From: Candidatus Saccharimonadales bacterium
GTDB taxonomy: Bacteria; Patescibacteriota; Saccharimonadia; Saccharimonadales; UBA4665
Direction of reading: 5' to 3'
DNA length: 64,000 bases
NCBI GenBank assembly: GCA_035478715.1
Contig: DATIJK010000041.1
Span: 2,550 to 66,549 of the forward strand
Part shown: one piece after another, positions 18,628-27,307 of the stretch
Position numbering within the stretch: the stretch's first letter is position 1
Layout: each line of letters opens with the position of its first letter
Notes under the pieces: model-generated
Seen by the model: the letters and a program-made list of their open reading frames with translations, nothing else
Told to the model about the DNA's origin: nothing
Database searches by the model: none
Translations under genes and position numbers: made by a program

Positions 18628-20421
18628 ATGAATATAAGACGATTTAAGCTACGGTTCCGCCGAAATGTGCGCAAGCACAAACGGCAGGTTGAAGGCATCG
18701 GTGTCGAAGCCGAACGTCAGTTAGAGAATAATTTCCTCAGGCGACTGCATCGTTTGGGCCCGGTGCGGAAATTCGTAACGATTTGGTTACTCGTCGTCCT
18801 CTTGCTCGGCCTTGGCATTATTATCCAGACACGTGCGCTCAGCGGTTATTATCAGCGGCTGCAGCCCGTACCCGGTGGCATTTACTCCGAAGGAATTCTC
18901 GGGGCGTATACGAATGCGAACCCGGTGTATGCATCAGGTGGTGTAAACAGCGCGGTGTCACATCTAATATTTGCCGGACTTTTGAAGTATGATCAAAACA
19001 ATCAGTTAACCGGCGATCTGGCAAGCGACTGGCAAGTGGATAAGACTGGCGAAATCTACACAGTTCATTTGCGTCCGGACGTCAAATGGTCGGATGGGCA
19101 GCCGGTCACAGCTAGCGATGTGGTATTTACTTATCAGGTCATCGAGAACCCGGATGCCGATTCACCGTTTACGGCAGGTTGGCAAAACGTCACCGTTACA
19201 TCTACAGATGACCGAACAATTGTATTCACTTTGCCAAATCCGCTGAGCTCGTTTCCGTATTCGCTGACCACAGGCATCATCCCGAAACATGTGCTGGGTA
19301 ACGTGCCGATGGACCAGATGCGTTCTGTGGCATTCAATACGACTGCGCCAATCGGAGCGGGTCCGTTTAAATTCGAAAGCGTTCAAGTTGACAGCGATTC
19401 AAGCGGCAAGCAACAACAGGCAGTCGAATTGATTGCCTCGCAAAATTATCATTGGGGCAAACCAAAACTGGATAGGATCTTCATCCACGCATTCAGCAAT
19501 GAAAAACAGATGATTCACAGCTTCAAGAATCAGGAAATCAATGCGATGGCAGGTCTTAGTTCTGTGCCGCAAGAAATGACCAAAGACAATGCGATCATAA
19601 AGTACGACATTCCGTTAACGGCAGCTACGGATGTATTCTTCAAGACAGGCAGCGGCGTCCTGGCAGACGCCAAAGTGCGCCAGGCGCTGGTTTCCGGAAC
19701 CGATACAGGAACGATAATCAAAAATGCCGGATTTATTGCAACGCCGGTTAACGAAGCCCTGCTGAAAAATCAATTGGGATACGATCCAAAATACCAACAG
19801 TTACCGTTTAACCCTGCAAAAGCGATGCTTGGGTTGGATGCGGACGGTTGGGCCGTAGGCGCTGACGGATACCGATACAACAAAACCGGCCAGCAATTGA
19901 CCTTCGGCCTGTACACGCCCAATACCGACGAATATTCCAGGATCGCTCGCGAGCTGCAAGAACAATGGAAACAAATCGGGGTAAAAGTAGATTTGCACCT
20001 GCAAGATAGTAGCGATTTTAACGCGACACTGGCGTACCACAGTTATGATGCGCTGCTATATAGCATATCAATCGGAGTTGATCCGGATGTATTCGTGTAC
20101 TGGGACAGTACGCAAGCTGACGTGCGCTCGCCCACCAGGCTAAACTTTTCGGAGTACAAATCGGCCACGGCAGACGCCTCGCTGGAAGCCGGCCGTACGC
20201 GCACCGAGCCGGCACTCCGCGCAATCAAATACCAACCTTTCCTGAAAGACTGGCAACAGGATGCGCCAGCCGTAGGCTTGTATCAACCGCGGTTCCTGTA
20301 TATAACACACACAAAAGTATTTGGGTTAGACTCAAACCCTATCAATAACGACGCTAACCGTTTCGACAATGTGCAAAACTGGATGATAAACGAAGCCCCG
20401 CAAACTATCAAAAGCCAGTAA
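18628..20421 (+). CDS. ABC-type substrate-binding protein, family 5 (peptide/nickel type), membrane-anchored
   Basis: N-terminal TM anchor, then GGIYSEGILG..LIFAGLLKYDQNNQLTGDLASDW..YTVHLRPDVKWSDGQPVTASDVVFTY. No permease or ATPase adjacent. Confidence 0.8.
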   Translation: MNIRRFKLRFRRNVRKHKRQVEGIGVEAERQLENNFLRRLHRLGPVRKFVTIWLLVVLLLGLGIIIQTRALSGYYQRLQPVPGGIYSEGILGAYTNANPVYASGGVNSAVSHLIFAGLLKYDQNNQLTGDLASDWQVDKTGEIYTVHLRPDVKWSDGQPVTASDVVFTYQVIENPDADSPFTAGWQNVTVTSTDDRTIVFTLPNPLSSFPYSLTTGIIPKHVLGNVPMDQMRSVAFNTTAPIGAGPFKFESVQVDSDSSGKQQQAVELIASQNYHWGKPKLDRIFIHAFSNEKQMIHSFKNQEINAMAGLSSVPQEMTKDNAIIKYDIPLTAATDVFFKTGSGVLADAKVRQALVSGTDTGTIIKNAGFIATPVNEALLKNQLGYDPKYQQLPFNPAKAMLGLDADGWAVGADGYRYNKTGQQLTFGLYTPNTDEYSRIARELQEQWKQIGVKVDLHLQDSSDFNATLAYHSYDALLYSISIGVDPDVFVYWDSTQADVRSPTRLNFSEYKSATADASLEAGRTRTEPALRAIKYQPFLKDWQQDAPAVGLYQPRFLYITHTKVFGLDSNPINNDANRFDNVQNWMINEAPQTIKSQ

Positions 20422-20464
20422 TAAATTGCAAAAATATTACGATTATTTTATAGTAATTCTTAAT

Positions 20465-20962
20465 ATGAGCATTGAAGCTGTCGTTGTTAACAACTATTTT
20501 GGGCCGCAAGTCGTTGAAACATGTATACATGCACAGAGTATTGATCTGGCAGTTGATGCTCTGCATGCATCTGTCGCTGATTTCCATAGACTGGCAAACG
20601 GCTCTCCGGTTTTTACTTTGTCAGAGGGATTCGTCATGGGTGCGCCAGTAAGTTATTTGGACAAAGCATTTTACGAAATTCGCAGTAACAAAGCCAGATT
20701 TCTTGCCAGTACATTAGATGAGTACGATGTGGAACACGATCCAGATAGGATTATTGTCACTGGCCCGGATTCATTGCATTATGAATCTATTATGATGGGG
20801 CTTGGTCAACTGGCACGTTCAGCGTTATTTGGTCACAAGGGAAAATTGAAAAAATACCTGTCGAAAGTAGCTCATCTTCCTGCGGTAACCGAGGCGGAAT
20901 ATCAGAAATATCTTCAGACAGATGATCGATCATCGGCGTGCGTTATTGAAATGTCTTATTAA
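20465..20962 (+). CDS. Hypothetical protein
   Basis: 165-aa ORF from ATG 20465 (track start 20426 is non-ATG). TATAGT box 10 nt upstream. No domain recognised. Confidence 0.45.
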   Translation: MSIEAVVVNNYFGPQVVETCIHAQSIDLAVDALHASVADFHRLANGSPVFTLSEGFVMGAPVSYLDKAFYEIRSNKARFLASTLDEYDVEHDPDRIIVTGPDSLHYESIMMGLGQLARSALFGHKGKLKKYLSKVAHLPAVTEAEYQKYLQTDDRSSACVIEMSY

Positions 20963-21029
20963 ACTGATCAATATTTTGCATTCATCTTGCGGTTGCGTAT
21001 TGCCATACGGTACAATTGCGTCTGTCCGT

Positions 21030-21116
21030 GCCGCGGTGGTGGAATTGGTAGACACGCTAGTTTCAGGGACTAGTGAGCATTAGCTCGTGGAGGTTCAAGT
21101 CCTCTCCGCGGCACCA
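21030..21116 (+). tRNA. tRNA-Leu (anticodon CAG), class II with long variable arm, CCA encoded
   Basis: Acceptor GCCGCGG/CCGCGGC, anticodon stem CTAGT/ACTAG with loop TTCAGGG, variable arm GAGCATTAGCTCG, T-arm GGAGG-TTCAAGT-CCTCT, discriminator A plus CCA. Confidence 0.9.
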
Positions 21117-21288
21117 CATAGACATCAGAGTTTAAGCTAAACTACTTTTTCAGTTTTATAAATTACGAGTTAAAAATAAGATTAATCCGACTAACCTTTG
21201 CTGACAATACTTACAAATTTTTATATTTAATCCAGCAACTCCTAATAGTTTTATTGCTTAAAAACTGACTTTGACGTATAAGTGAATT

Positions 21289-21885
21289 GTGCGAAATGCT
21301 ATTGCTCTTATTGCCGCGATTGTGTCCTTTTCCGGCATCTTTCCGTATATCAGGGATATCAATAAAGGCAAAACACACCCGAACATGGTGTCTTGGATCA
21401 CGTGGTGCCTTTTAAATACAATAAATACCGTCGCAGCACTTTCCACCGGCGCAATTCAAACGGCGCTATTAAGCGGGGCATCCGCACTTGCTACGGGGTG
21501 GGTCACAGTCCTATCCCTGCATCATGGCGTTAAGAAATATACTGCTTTCGATATAATTTGTCAGACACTTGCTATTATTGGCATTATTGCCTGGAGGTTC
21601 ACCGGCCAGCCAAATTTGGCTGTTCTGATCGCGGTATCCATCGATTTGGTAGCCGCTTTGCCAACATGGAGACATGCTTGGATTGCACCTTATGCAGAAA
21701 CGTGGCATGGATTCGCAATGGCTGGCTGTGCGGCTGTCGTAACGCTATTTACGATTACGGATTATACTTTTGTTTCGCTTGCTTTTCCGCTCCTTGTCAT
21801 CACAAATTGTTCCGTTTTAGTTTCAATTATTTTAACTCGGCGATCCGTAGTCGGCAGGCAACCTACACGCACAAGAAAGACCTGA
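21289..21885 (+). CDS. Hypothetical polytopic membrane protein (about 6 TM)
   Basis: GTG-initiated 198-aa hydrophobic ORF (IALIAAIVSFSGIFPYIRDINKGKTHPNMVSWITW). Family not recognised. Confidence 0.5.
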   Translation: MRNAIALIAAIVSFSGIFPYIRDINKGKTHPNMVSWITWCLLNTINTVAALSTGAIQTALLSGASALATGWVTVLSLHHGVKKYTAFDIICQTLAIIGIIAWRFTGQPNLAVLIAVSIDLVAALPTWRHAWIAPYAETWHGFAMAGCAAVVTLFTITDYTFVSLAFPLLVITNCSVLVSIILTRRSVVGRQPTRTRKT

Positions 21886-21892
21886 GTGCGAG

Positions 21893-22936
21893 TTATTTTA
21901 CCGTCAGCGTAGCATTCGTGATTTGGAAGGTTTGGGTGCCGTGGGTGCCGGAGATTTCTACGCCATATTCTAAGTGCTGCGGTGCGCCGCTGTTGGTTAA
22001 GCCGGATTGTGATAGTGGTACTTGCTGGTTCGTATCCGTAAAGATGGTCGTGGCAGTTTGGTGGTTGGTAATGTCTTTGATGATGTTCAGCATGTCGAAA
22101 CAGCCTGATGTAGCTTTGGTGTCTCGGGTGTAGATCCATTCATTGGCGCCGCCACCGCGGAACATGTGGTATGCAACGCCGTCGATTGTGATAGCCCGCG
22201 AGCCTGCCGGCGGGTAAAAGCTTGTATCAGTGAAGTCGTTCCACACCATTATTTCGATATCGTTCGCCCATACGTCTTCGCCGGTGTGGTTGTTGATCCA
22301 CACATCGTAAGCATAATCCCATTCGCTGCCGCCTGCCGTGGGCCATTGTGGGCCGCTAGGGATGGGATCAATATTGCCGTAGCAGGTTTGCATTGACGTG
22401 TACGTTGAAACGGTCTTGTCACTCGCAAAATCAAAGTTCGTATCAGGGTAGGCATTGATGGAGCCGCCCCGATCCTGCCAATTCGCTACGACGTTCCAGT
22501 TCGTAAGTGAGCACACGTTTAATTGTTCCATGTCTGTGGCTGGACCGGTGCCATCAGATTGTACGTCATTCTGCACACTCCCGCCGCTGCCGTCCCAGCC
22601 GGCAAAGTCAGTTTGAGGCCAGGTTGCAGAATACACCGGGTTTTTACAGCTTAATCCTGAACTGGAATTGCCACCGAACTTCACAGCACTGCCATTGGAA
22701 GCAGTTCCGTCGCTGATAGTAGTGGTGTTTCCAGAGGAAGTGCCGTTTTCGGCCTCAGCTGATGTTACTGAGGTTGCAGCTCGGCTTACGAACGTCAAGT
22801 AGCTACCAATACCAGCCACCAATAAGAAAGCGGCGACATAAAAAAAGATTTTGCGAGCGTTATCTCTTGCAGTAATGGATGTGGTCCGGGACTTAGATTT
22901 GGCAGCAGCGTGGCGTTCAGAATGATTCCGAATCAT
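21893..22936 (-). CDS. Secreted GH12-like glycoside hydrolase with N-terminal signal anchor
   Basis: K/R-rich tail plus TM; SAEAENGTSSG..SNGSAVKFG motif. Core matches the GH12 layout: nucleophile box DIEIMVWN (compare DYELMIW), IDGVAYHMF, and acid/base box LEYGVEISG (compare FGTEPF). Confidence 0.65.
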   Translation of the reverse strand: MIRNHSERHAAAKSKSRTTSITARDNARKIFFYVAAFLLVAGIGSYLTFVSRAATSVTSAEAENGTSSGNTTTISDGTASNGSAVKFGGNSSSGLSCKNPVYSATWPQTDFAGWDGSGGSVQNDVQSDGTGPATDMEQLNVCSLTNWNVVANWQDRGGSINAYPDTNFDFASDKTVSTYTSMQTCYGNIDPIPSGPQWPTAGGSEWDYAYDVWINNHTGEDVWANDIEIMVWNDFTDTSFYPPAGSRAITIDGVAYHMFRGGGANEWIYTRDTKATSGCFDMLNIIKDITNHQTATTIFTDTNQQVPLSQSGLTNSGAPQHLEYGVEISGTHGTQTFQITNATLTVK

Positions 22937-22942
22937 ATGCTC

Positions 22943-22954
22943 TATAGTACTATA
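22943..22954. promoter_or_regulatory. Perfect 12-bp palindrome TATAGTACTATA giving a TATAGT -10 box on both strands in a 26-bp divergent intergenic region
   Basis: Lies between ATG 22936 (minus) and ATG 22963 (plus). -10 to ATG spacing leaves 0-7 nt leaders and no Shine-Dalgarno sequence. Confidence 0.5.
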
Positions 22955-22962
22955 TTAAGCAT

Positions 22963-23604
22963 ATGAAAACTTTTATTGATCACTTCGAAGAAACGACGAT
23001 TATCGGTGTACTCCGTAATATTGATAAATCTGAAATTATGCCGCTGTTGTCGGCATCGTATGATGCGGGCATTCGGGTAATGGAAATCACCTTGAACACG
23101 AATGAAGGTACGAAGCTTATTTCGGAAGCCGCAAATGTGTTTGGCGGCAAGTTATCTATCGGTGCCGGTACTGTCTTGAACATTGCTGATGCAGAAAAAG
23201 CAATTAGTGCCGGCGCGACATTTGTTGTTGGCCCTAACTGCGATGATAAAATCGCCGAACTTTGCAAGATTAAAAACATAGCATACATCCCAGGTGCGCT
23301 GACGCCGACAGAGATTGCGCATGCTTGGGAAGCTTCACGTCACGGAATAGTTAAAGTATTTCCCGCGAATGTTTTCGGGCCAGGTTATATCAAATCACTC
23401 ATACATGGCCCCTATAACGGTATGAAACTACTGGTAACCGGCGGAGTACTTTTGGAAGATATTAGAGAATACATGGTAGCAGGAGCCTCCGGCGTGGCGA
23501 TAGGTGCCGGAACGGTCTACAAAAAAGAATGGATCGAAGCAAAAAATTGGGGAGCGATTACCGGACTTTTGAAACAATATATTACTGCCATCAAATACAG
23601 CTAG
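22963..23604 (+). CDS. eda: KDPG/KHG aldolase (Eda family)
   Basis: IIGVLRNID..AGIRVMEITLNT..IGAGTVLN..GATFVVGP..YIPGALTPTEI..VKVFPA pattern. Confidence 0.8.
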   Translation: MKTFIDHFEETTIIGVLRNIDKSEIMPLLSASYDAGIRVMEITLNTNEGTKLISEAANVFGGKLSIGAGTVLNIADAEKAISAGATFVVGPNCDDKIAELCKIKNIAYIPGALTPTEIAHAWEASRHGIVKVFPANVFGPGYIKSLIHGPYNGMKLLVTGGVLLEDIREYMVAGASGVAIGAGTVYKKEWIEAKNWGAITGLLKQYITAIKYS

Positions 23605-23607
23605 CTA

Positions 23608-24369
23608 CTAGAATCCGAATATTTTTGACAATTCGGCGAAATTATCGGCGATCAAATGCGGCGCCGAGTCGAGAGCTTCTAACTCTTTTCTGGAAAATAT
23701 ATTCGTCAAAGCGATTACAAATAAGCCGGCGCCCTGAGCTGATTGAATGCCGCGGGGGTTGTCTTCGAATGCGATGACATATTTGCGGTCTGAATCGGGC
23801 AATCCAAGCGTCTTAAACGCCAATTCGAAAGCTTCAGGATCTGGCTTTGGGTGCTTTACTTGTTCGATTGAAATGACTCGTTTGTTTGGAAAATACTTAT
23901 TTAAGTTAGTCTTCTTGAAAAATATATTCAGATCCCTTGGGTATGCCGTTGTCGCGACTGCCAACGTATCTTTTAAGCCGCTTTTAGCTAATGCAGCGAC
24001 GAATTCTATTGCGCCCGCATAAGGTTCACCTTCCTTTAAGATGATTTCTTCGTGTAACGTATTCTTAATTTCGAATAACTCTACCATGAGCGGGTCATTC
24101 GGATCTGGTGTTTCACCAGTGCGGAGTCCAGTCATCAGCAAGGTGTTCCAGAATGCTCCGACCAACGAGTGGGTTTGTGCGTCGTGAAACGCGTGATAGT
24201 TATCCTTATATGTCCATCGTTTGAAGGCTGGTATATTGTGGCGTTTTCCGACCTCTTTCACGGCCATATATCGTGACCGTTCGTGCAGGCCGCGCGGCGA
24301 GTCGCCTTTGTTGTCGAGCAGTGTGTCATCGACGTCAAAAATAGCGCCTTTGGGCGTAAAGGGTAGCAT
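23608..24369 (-). CDS. HAD-superfamily hydrolase (subfamily IA-like)
   Basis: Motif I FDVDDTLLDN. Motif IV region IAFEDNPRGIQSAQGAGLFVIAL. Confidence 0.8.
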   Translation of the reverse strand: MLPFTPKGAIFDVDDTLLDNKGDSPRGLHERSRYMAVKEVGKRHNIPAFKRWTYKDNYHAFHDAQTHSLVGAFWNTLLMTGLRTGETPDPNDPLMVELFEIKNTLHEEIILKEGEPYAGAIEFVAALAKSGLKDTLAVATTAYPRDLNIFFKKTNLNKYFPNKRVISIEQVKHPKPDPEAFELAFKTLGLPDSDRKYVIAFEDNPRGIQSAQGAGLFVIALTNIFSRKELEALDSAPHLIADNFAELSKIFGF

Positions 24370-24617
24370 ACTGGCATTCTAGCATGACAGAAAAGTTGGA
24401 TCAGGTATCAAGCGTGTGGTGCAGTTTGGATTTTCTTCTCGAGGATCTCACTTCGCTAAAGCTTCGAGGAACACAAGGCGGGAGTGCCGGCTTGCCCTCC
24501 ATAGCTTTAGCGACGGAGGTAGAGAAAAAATTCAAAATGTGCCAAACGCGTAATACCTGGATATGCTATCATTACTGCTATAAGAACAAACACTATACAG
24601 GTATTTTATTTTTATCT

Positions 24618-26255
24618 ATGAATAAAGTTGCACAGTACTTACAGGAACACGTAATGGGGGAGGTCGTAAGTTCGCTTGATGCGCGGGCTTACTTTTCGAC
24701 CGATGCAAGCATCTTCAAGATAATGCCGGCGGTTATCGTCTATCCGCGCGGCGAAGGCGACGTACGAAAAGTCGCTCGGTTCACTTGGCAGCTGGCTGAG
24801 CGTGGTCGATTATTGCCGATCACGGCTCGTGGCGGCGGATCGGACCAGACCGGCGCAGCCATCGGCGGCGGCGTCATCCTGGTATTTCCAGCGCACATGA
24901 ACCGAATTCTTGAGCTGGATTCAAAAACAGGAATAATCACTGTTGAACCCGGACTGAACTTTGGTAAATTGCAGCAGACGCTGCATACGCACGGCAAATT
25001 CCTGCCGCCCGCACCGGTCAGCCTGGAATATTCAACCATCGGCGGTGCAATCGCTAATAACGCAGGCGGCGAAAAATCGCTTAAATATGGCACTACGCGT
25101 AAATATGTCAAAAGTTTGCGGGTCGTATTGGCGAACGGCGAAATCATTCAGACAGAAAGGTTATCAAAGCGCGAACTGAATAAAAAACTTGGCCTGAGTA
25201 CCTTCGAGGGCGAAGTCTACCGCGGCATCGATGGCTTACTTGAAGAAAACCACGAACTTTTGAAAAAACTGAACATAGCAGTCAGCAAAAACACCGCTGG
25301 CTACGAGTTAACTGATATCAAACACAAAGACGGGTCGTTTGATCTGACCCCGTTGTTTGTTGGCAGCCAAGGTACGCTCGGCATCATCACCGAAGCGATG
25401 TTAGATACCGAAACGCACAATCCAGAATCTACCTTGCTGGTGGGATATTTCGACAAACTGCAGAATGCAGTGCAAGCCGTGATGGAATTAAAGAAATTGT
25501 CAGAAATCCCGAGTGTTATAGAGTTAGTCGACGAAAATCTGCTGAAACTAGTGTCCAAACTGAACCCAAACCAGCTCAAAGATGTGATAGATAACCCCGT
25601 GCCGAAGGCGGTGTTAATGGTTGAATTCGACAACGGCAGCGACCGTACGCAGAAACGAATGACTAAAAAAGCCAAAAAGATCCTGGAAAAATACGGTTCG
25701 AAGCATGTGATAGAAACTGACCCATCCCAGCAGGATAAATTCTGGCGTATCCGTTCCGCACCGGCGACGATCATGACGCACAGCGAGGGCGGCTTAAAAG
25801 CCGTTCCAGTCGTTGACGACGGCGTCGTGCCAGTCGAAAAGTTGGAAGATCTGATGAAGGGGATTTACGATATCTTTTACCGAAACCATTTAAGCGTGGC
25901 GGTCTGGGGACATGCCGGCGATGGCAATTTGCACTTACGGCCGTTTTTGGACCTGGAGCAGCTCGGCGACCGCCAGAAAGCCTTCAGGTTGATGGATGAA
26001 TACACCAAATTACTAGCAGATCTGGGTGGTTCGACATCGGGCGAAATGGGCGACGGCCGTCTGCGCGGTCCGTATCTCGAGCGTCTATACGGCAACGAAA
26101 TTTACACTTTATTCCAGAAAGTAAAACTGATTTTCGACCCGCACGGTACATTAAATCCGGGTGTGAAAGTCAATGTCACGGTTGACGACACAAAACCGTT
26201 GCTCCGACAGGAATATACTCTCTACCACATGTACCAACACCTCCCGCACGGGTAG
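24618..26255 (+). CDS. FAD-linked oxidase / D-lactate (glycolate) dehydrogenase-like (GlcD family)
   Basis: FAD_binding_4 pattern: PITARGGGSDQTGAAIGGGVILVF..ITVEPGL. C-terminal FAD-oxidase_C region (HAGDGNLH). The track ORF begins at 24384, but the ATG at 24618 (MNKVAQYLQEHV) fits family N-termini. Confidence 0.8.
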   Translation: MNKVAQYLQEHVMGEVVSSLDARAYFSTDASIFKIMPAVIVYPRGEGDVRKVARFTWQLAERGRLLPITARGGGSDQTGAAIGGGVILVFPAHMNRILELDSKTGIITVEPGLNFGKLQQTLHTHGKFLPPAPVSLEYSTIGGAIANNAGGEKSLKYGTTRKYVKSLRVVLANGEIIQTERLSKRELNKKLGLSTFEGEVYRGIDGLLEENHELLKKLNIAVSKNTAGYELTDIKHKDGSFDLTPLFVGSQGTLGIITEAMLDTETHNPESTLLVGYFDKLQNAVQAVMELKKLSEIPSVIELVDENLLKLVSKLNPNQLKDVIDNPVPKAVLMVEFDNGSDRTQKRMTKKAKKILEKYGSKHVIETDPSQQDKFWRIRSAPATIMTHSEGGLKAVPVVDDGVVPVEKLEDLMKGIYDIFYRNHLSVAVWGHAGDGNLHLRPFLDLEQLGDRQKAFRLMDEYTKLLADLGGSTSGEMGDGRLRGPYLERLYGNEIYTLFQKVKLIFDPHGTLNPGVKVNVTVDDTKPLLRQEYTLYHMYQHLPHG

Positions 26256-26377
26256 AATTAGCTTGTATTAAGCCATCGTGACTATTGTTTAAGATAGCAT
26301 CGTTAATTTGCTAGCAGGTTCATACAATAATCAGTACCATTCAGACAGAAATTATCGAGATTAAATCCAGGTCGTGG

Positions 26378-26932
26378 TTAAACGCCGGGACCGTAATATT
26401 CCGGGCAATGCACATCAGACCAAGCGTTCGAAAAGTCGGTCCATAACTGACCGCCGTAATTGTACATTCGAGAATCTGAATTGCAGAACGCACGCCAAGT
26501 TGCCGGTCCTACTATACCGTCCCTGCTCAAACTGCGGGCGGCCTGATAGTCACGTATGGCTTTGTAAGTATTACTGCCTAAGATACCATCTGTTGATAGC
26601 GGCATATGGACATCAGCAAAATCCTGCGCCCCGGTGTGGGTCACCTTATCCCAGCCATACCAGGCATTTACGAATTTCTGAATATCGCGGACGCATCCCT
26701 GACTCACGCCATTTCCGGGGAACGTATGTTTGATGCAGTAATATGCATAACCGGGAAGCGGATATGAAGCAGCGCGGCTTTTTTGATAGACGATGATGCC
26801 TACCAATGCAAAAATGGCTATAAATACCGCAATGAAAATATTGCGCTGTGTGTCTGATGCGCGACTTGTCCAACTTTTTGATTTAGATTTTGATTTTGAG
26901 TTTACGCTTTTTTTACTTTTTGTTCGCGGCAT
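26378..26932 (-). CDS. Membrane-anchored protein with peptidoglycan-binding (PG_binding_1) domain
   Basis: KS-repeat cytoplasmic tail plus TM. TDGILGSNTYKAIRDYQAARSLSRDGIVGPATWRAF is the PGB-1 repeat. Confidence 0.7.
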   Translation of the reverse strand: MPRTKSKKSVNSKSKSKSKSWTSRASDTQRNIFIAVFIAIFALVGIIVYQKSRAASYPLPGYAYYCIKHTFPGNGVSQGCVRDIQKFVNAWYGWDKVTHTGAQDFADVHMPLSTDGILGSNTYKAIRDYQAARSLSRDGIVGPATWRAFCNSDSRMYNYGGQLWTDFSNAWSDVHCPEYYGPGV

Positions 26933-27105
26933 ACTGCAACCTATTTATTCTTTTATTATTTATTATCATTCGTTAACCTCAAGCATAATGCCAAATGACC
27001 GCAACGTCAAATTCCGGATTAAAGGCAAGCCGTAAATTACCAGTGCGTCTTATTCTAGTCAAACTGCCTGAGCCGTGCTAACATAGGCGAGTTGAACACC
27101 TTCGT

Positions 27106-27192
27106 GCGGACGTGGCGGAATTGGTAGACGCGCTACCTTGAGGTGGTAGTGGCTTTACGGCTGTGGAGGTTCAAGTCCTCTCGTCCGCACCA
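27106..27192 (+). tRNA. tRNA-Leu (anticodon GAG), class II, CCA encoded
   Basis: Acceptor GCGGACG/CGTCCGC, anticodon stem CTACC/GGTAG with loop TTGAGGT, long variable arm, T-arm GGAGG-TTCAAGT-CCTCT. Confidence 0.9.
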
Positions 27193-27211
27193 TTAAAAGT
27201 GATTGATTCGT

Positions 27212-27249
27212 AGCTTCCATGGTTCATTAAAAATGGAAGCTTTTTATTT
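27212..27249 (+). terminator. Intrinsic terminator after tRNA-Leu(GAG)
   Basis: AGCTTCCAT..ATGGAAGCT 9-bp stem followed by TTTTTATTT. Confidence 0.65.
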
Positions 27250-27307
27250 CTGAATTAAAAGTATAAATATTGACTATTATTCAATAAAATAGTATAATAC
27301 CCTAATT

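Noticed and set aside
21117-21288. att-like duplications of the 3' ends of tRNA-Leu(CAG), tRNA-Leu(GAG) and tRNA-Ala(CGC)
   Set aside because: I found no second copy of CCGCGGCACCA, CGTCCGCACCA or GTCTCCACCA in the intergenic regions I could scan. A proper exact-match search of the coding regions was not possible by eye.
24437-24520. Guanidine-I (ykkC)-like riboswitch upstream of the FAD oxidase
   Set aside because: Only a loose resemblance (ACACAAGGCGGGA versus ACACGGCGGGA). The 5' conserved half (GGGTTCCG..GGTCCGAGAG) is absent, and the downstream gene is not a typical ykkC-regulated transporter or carboxylase.
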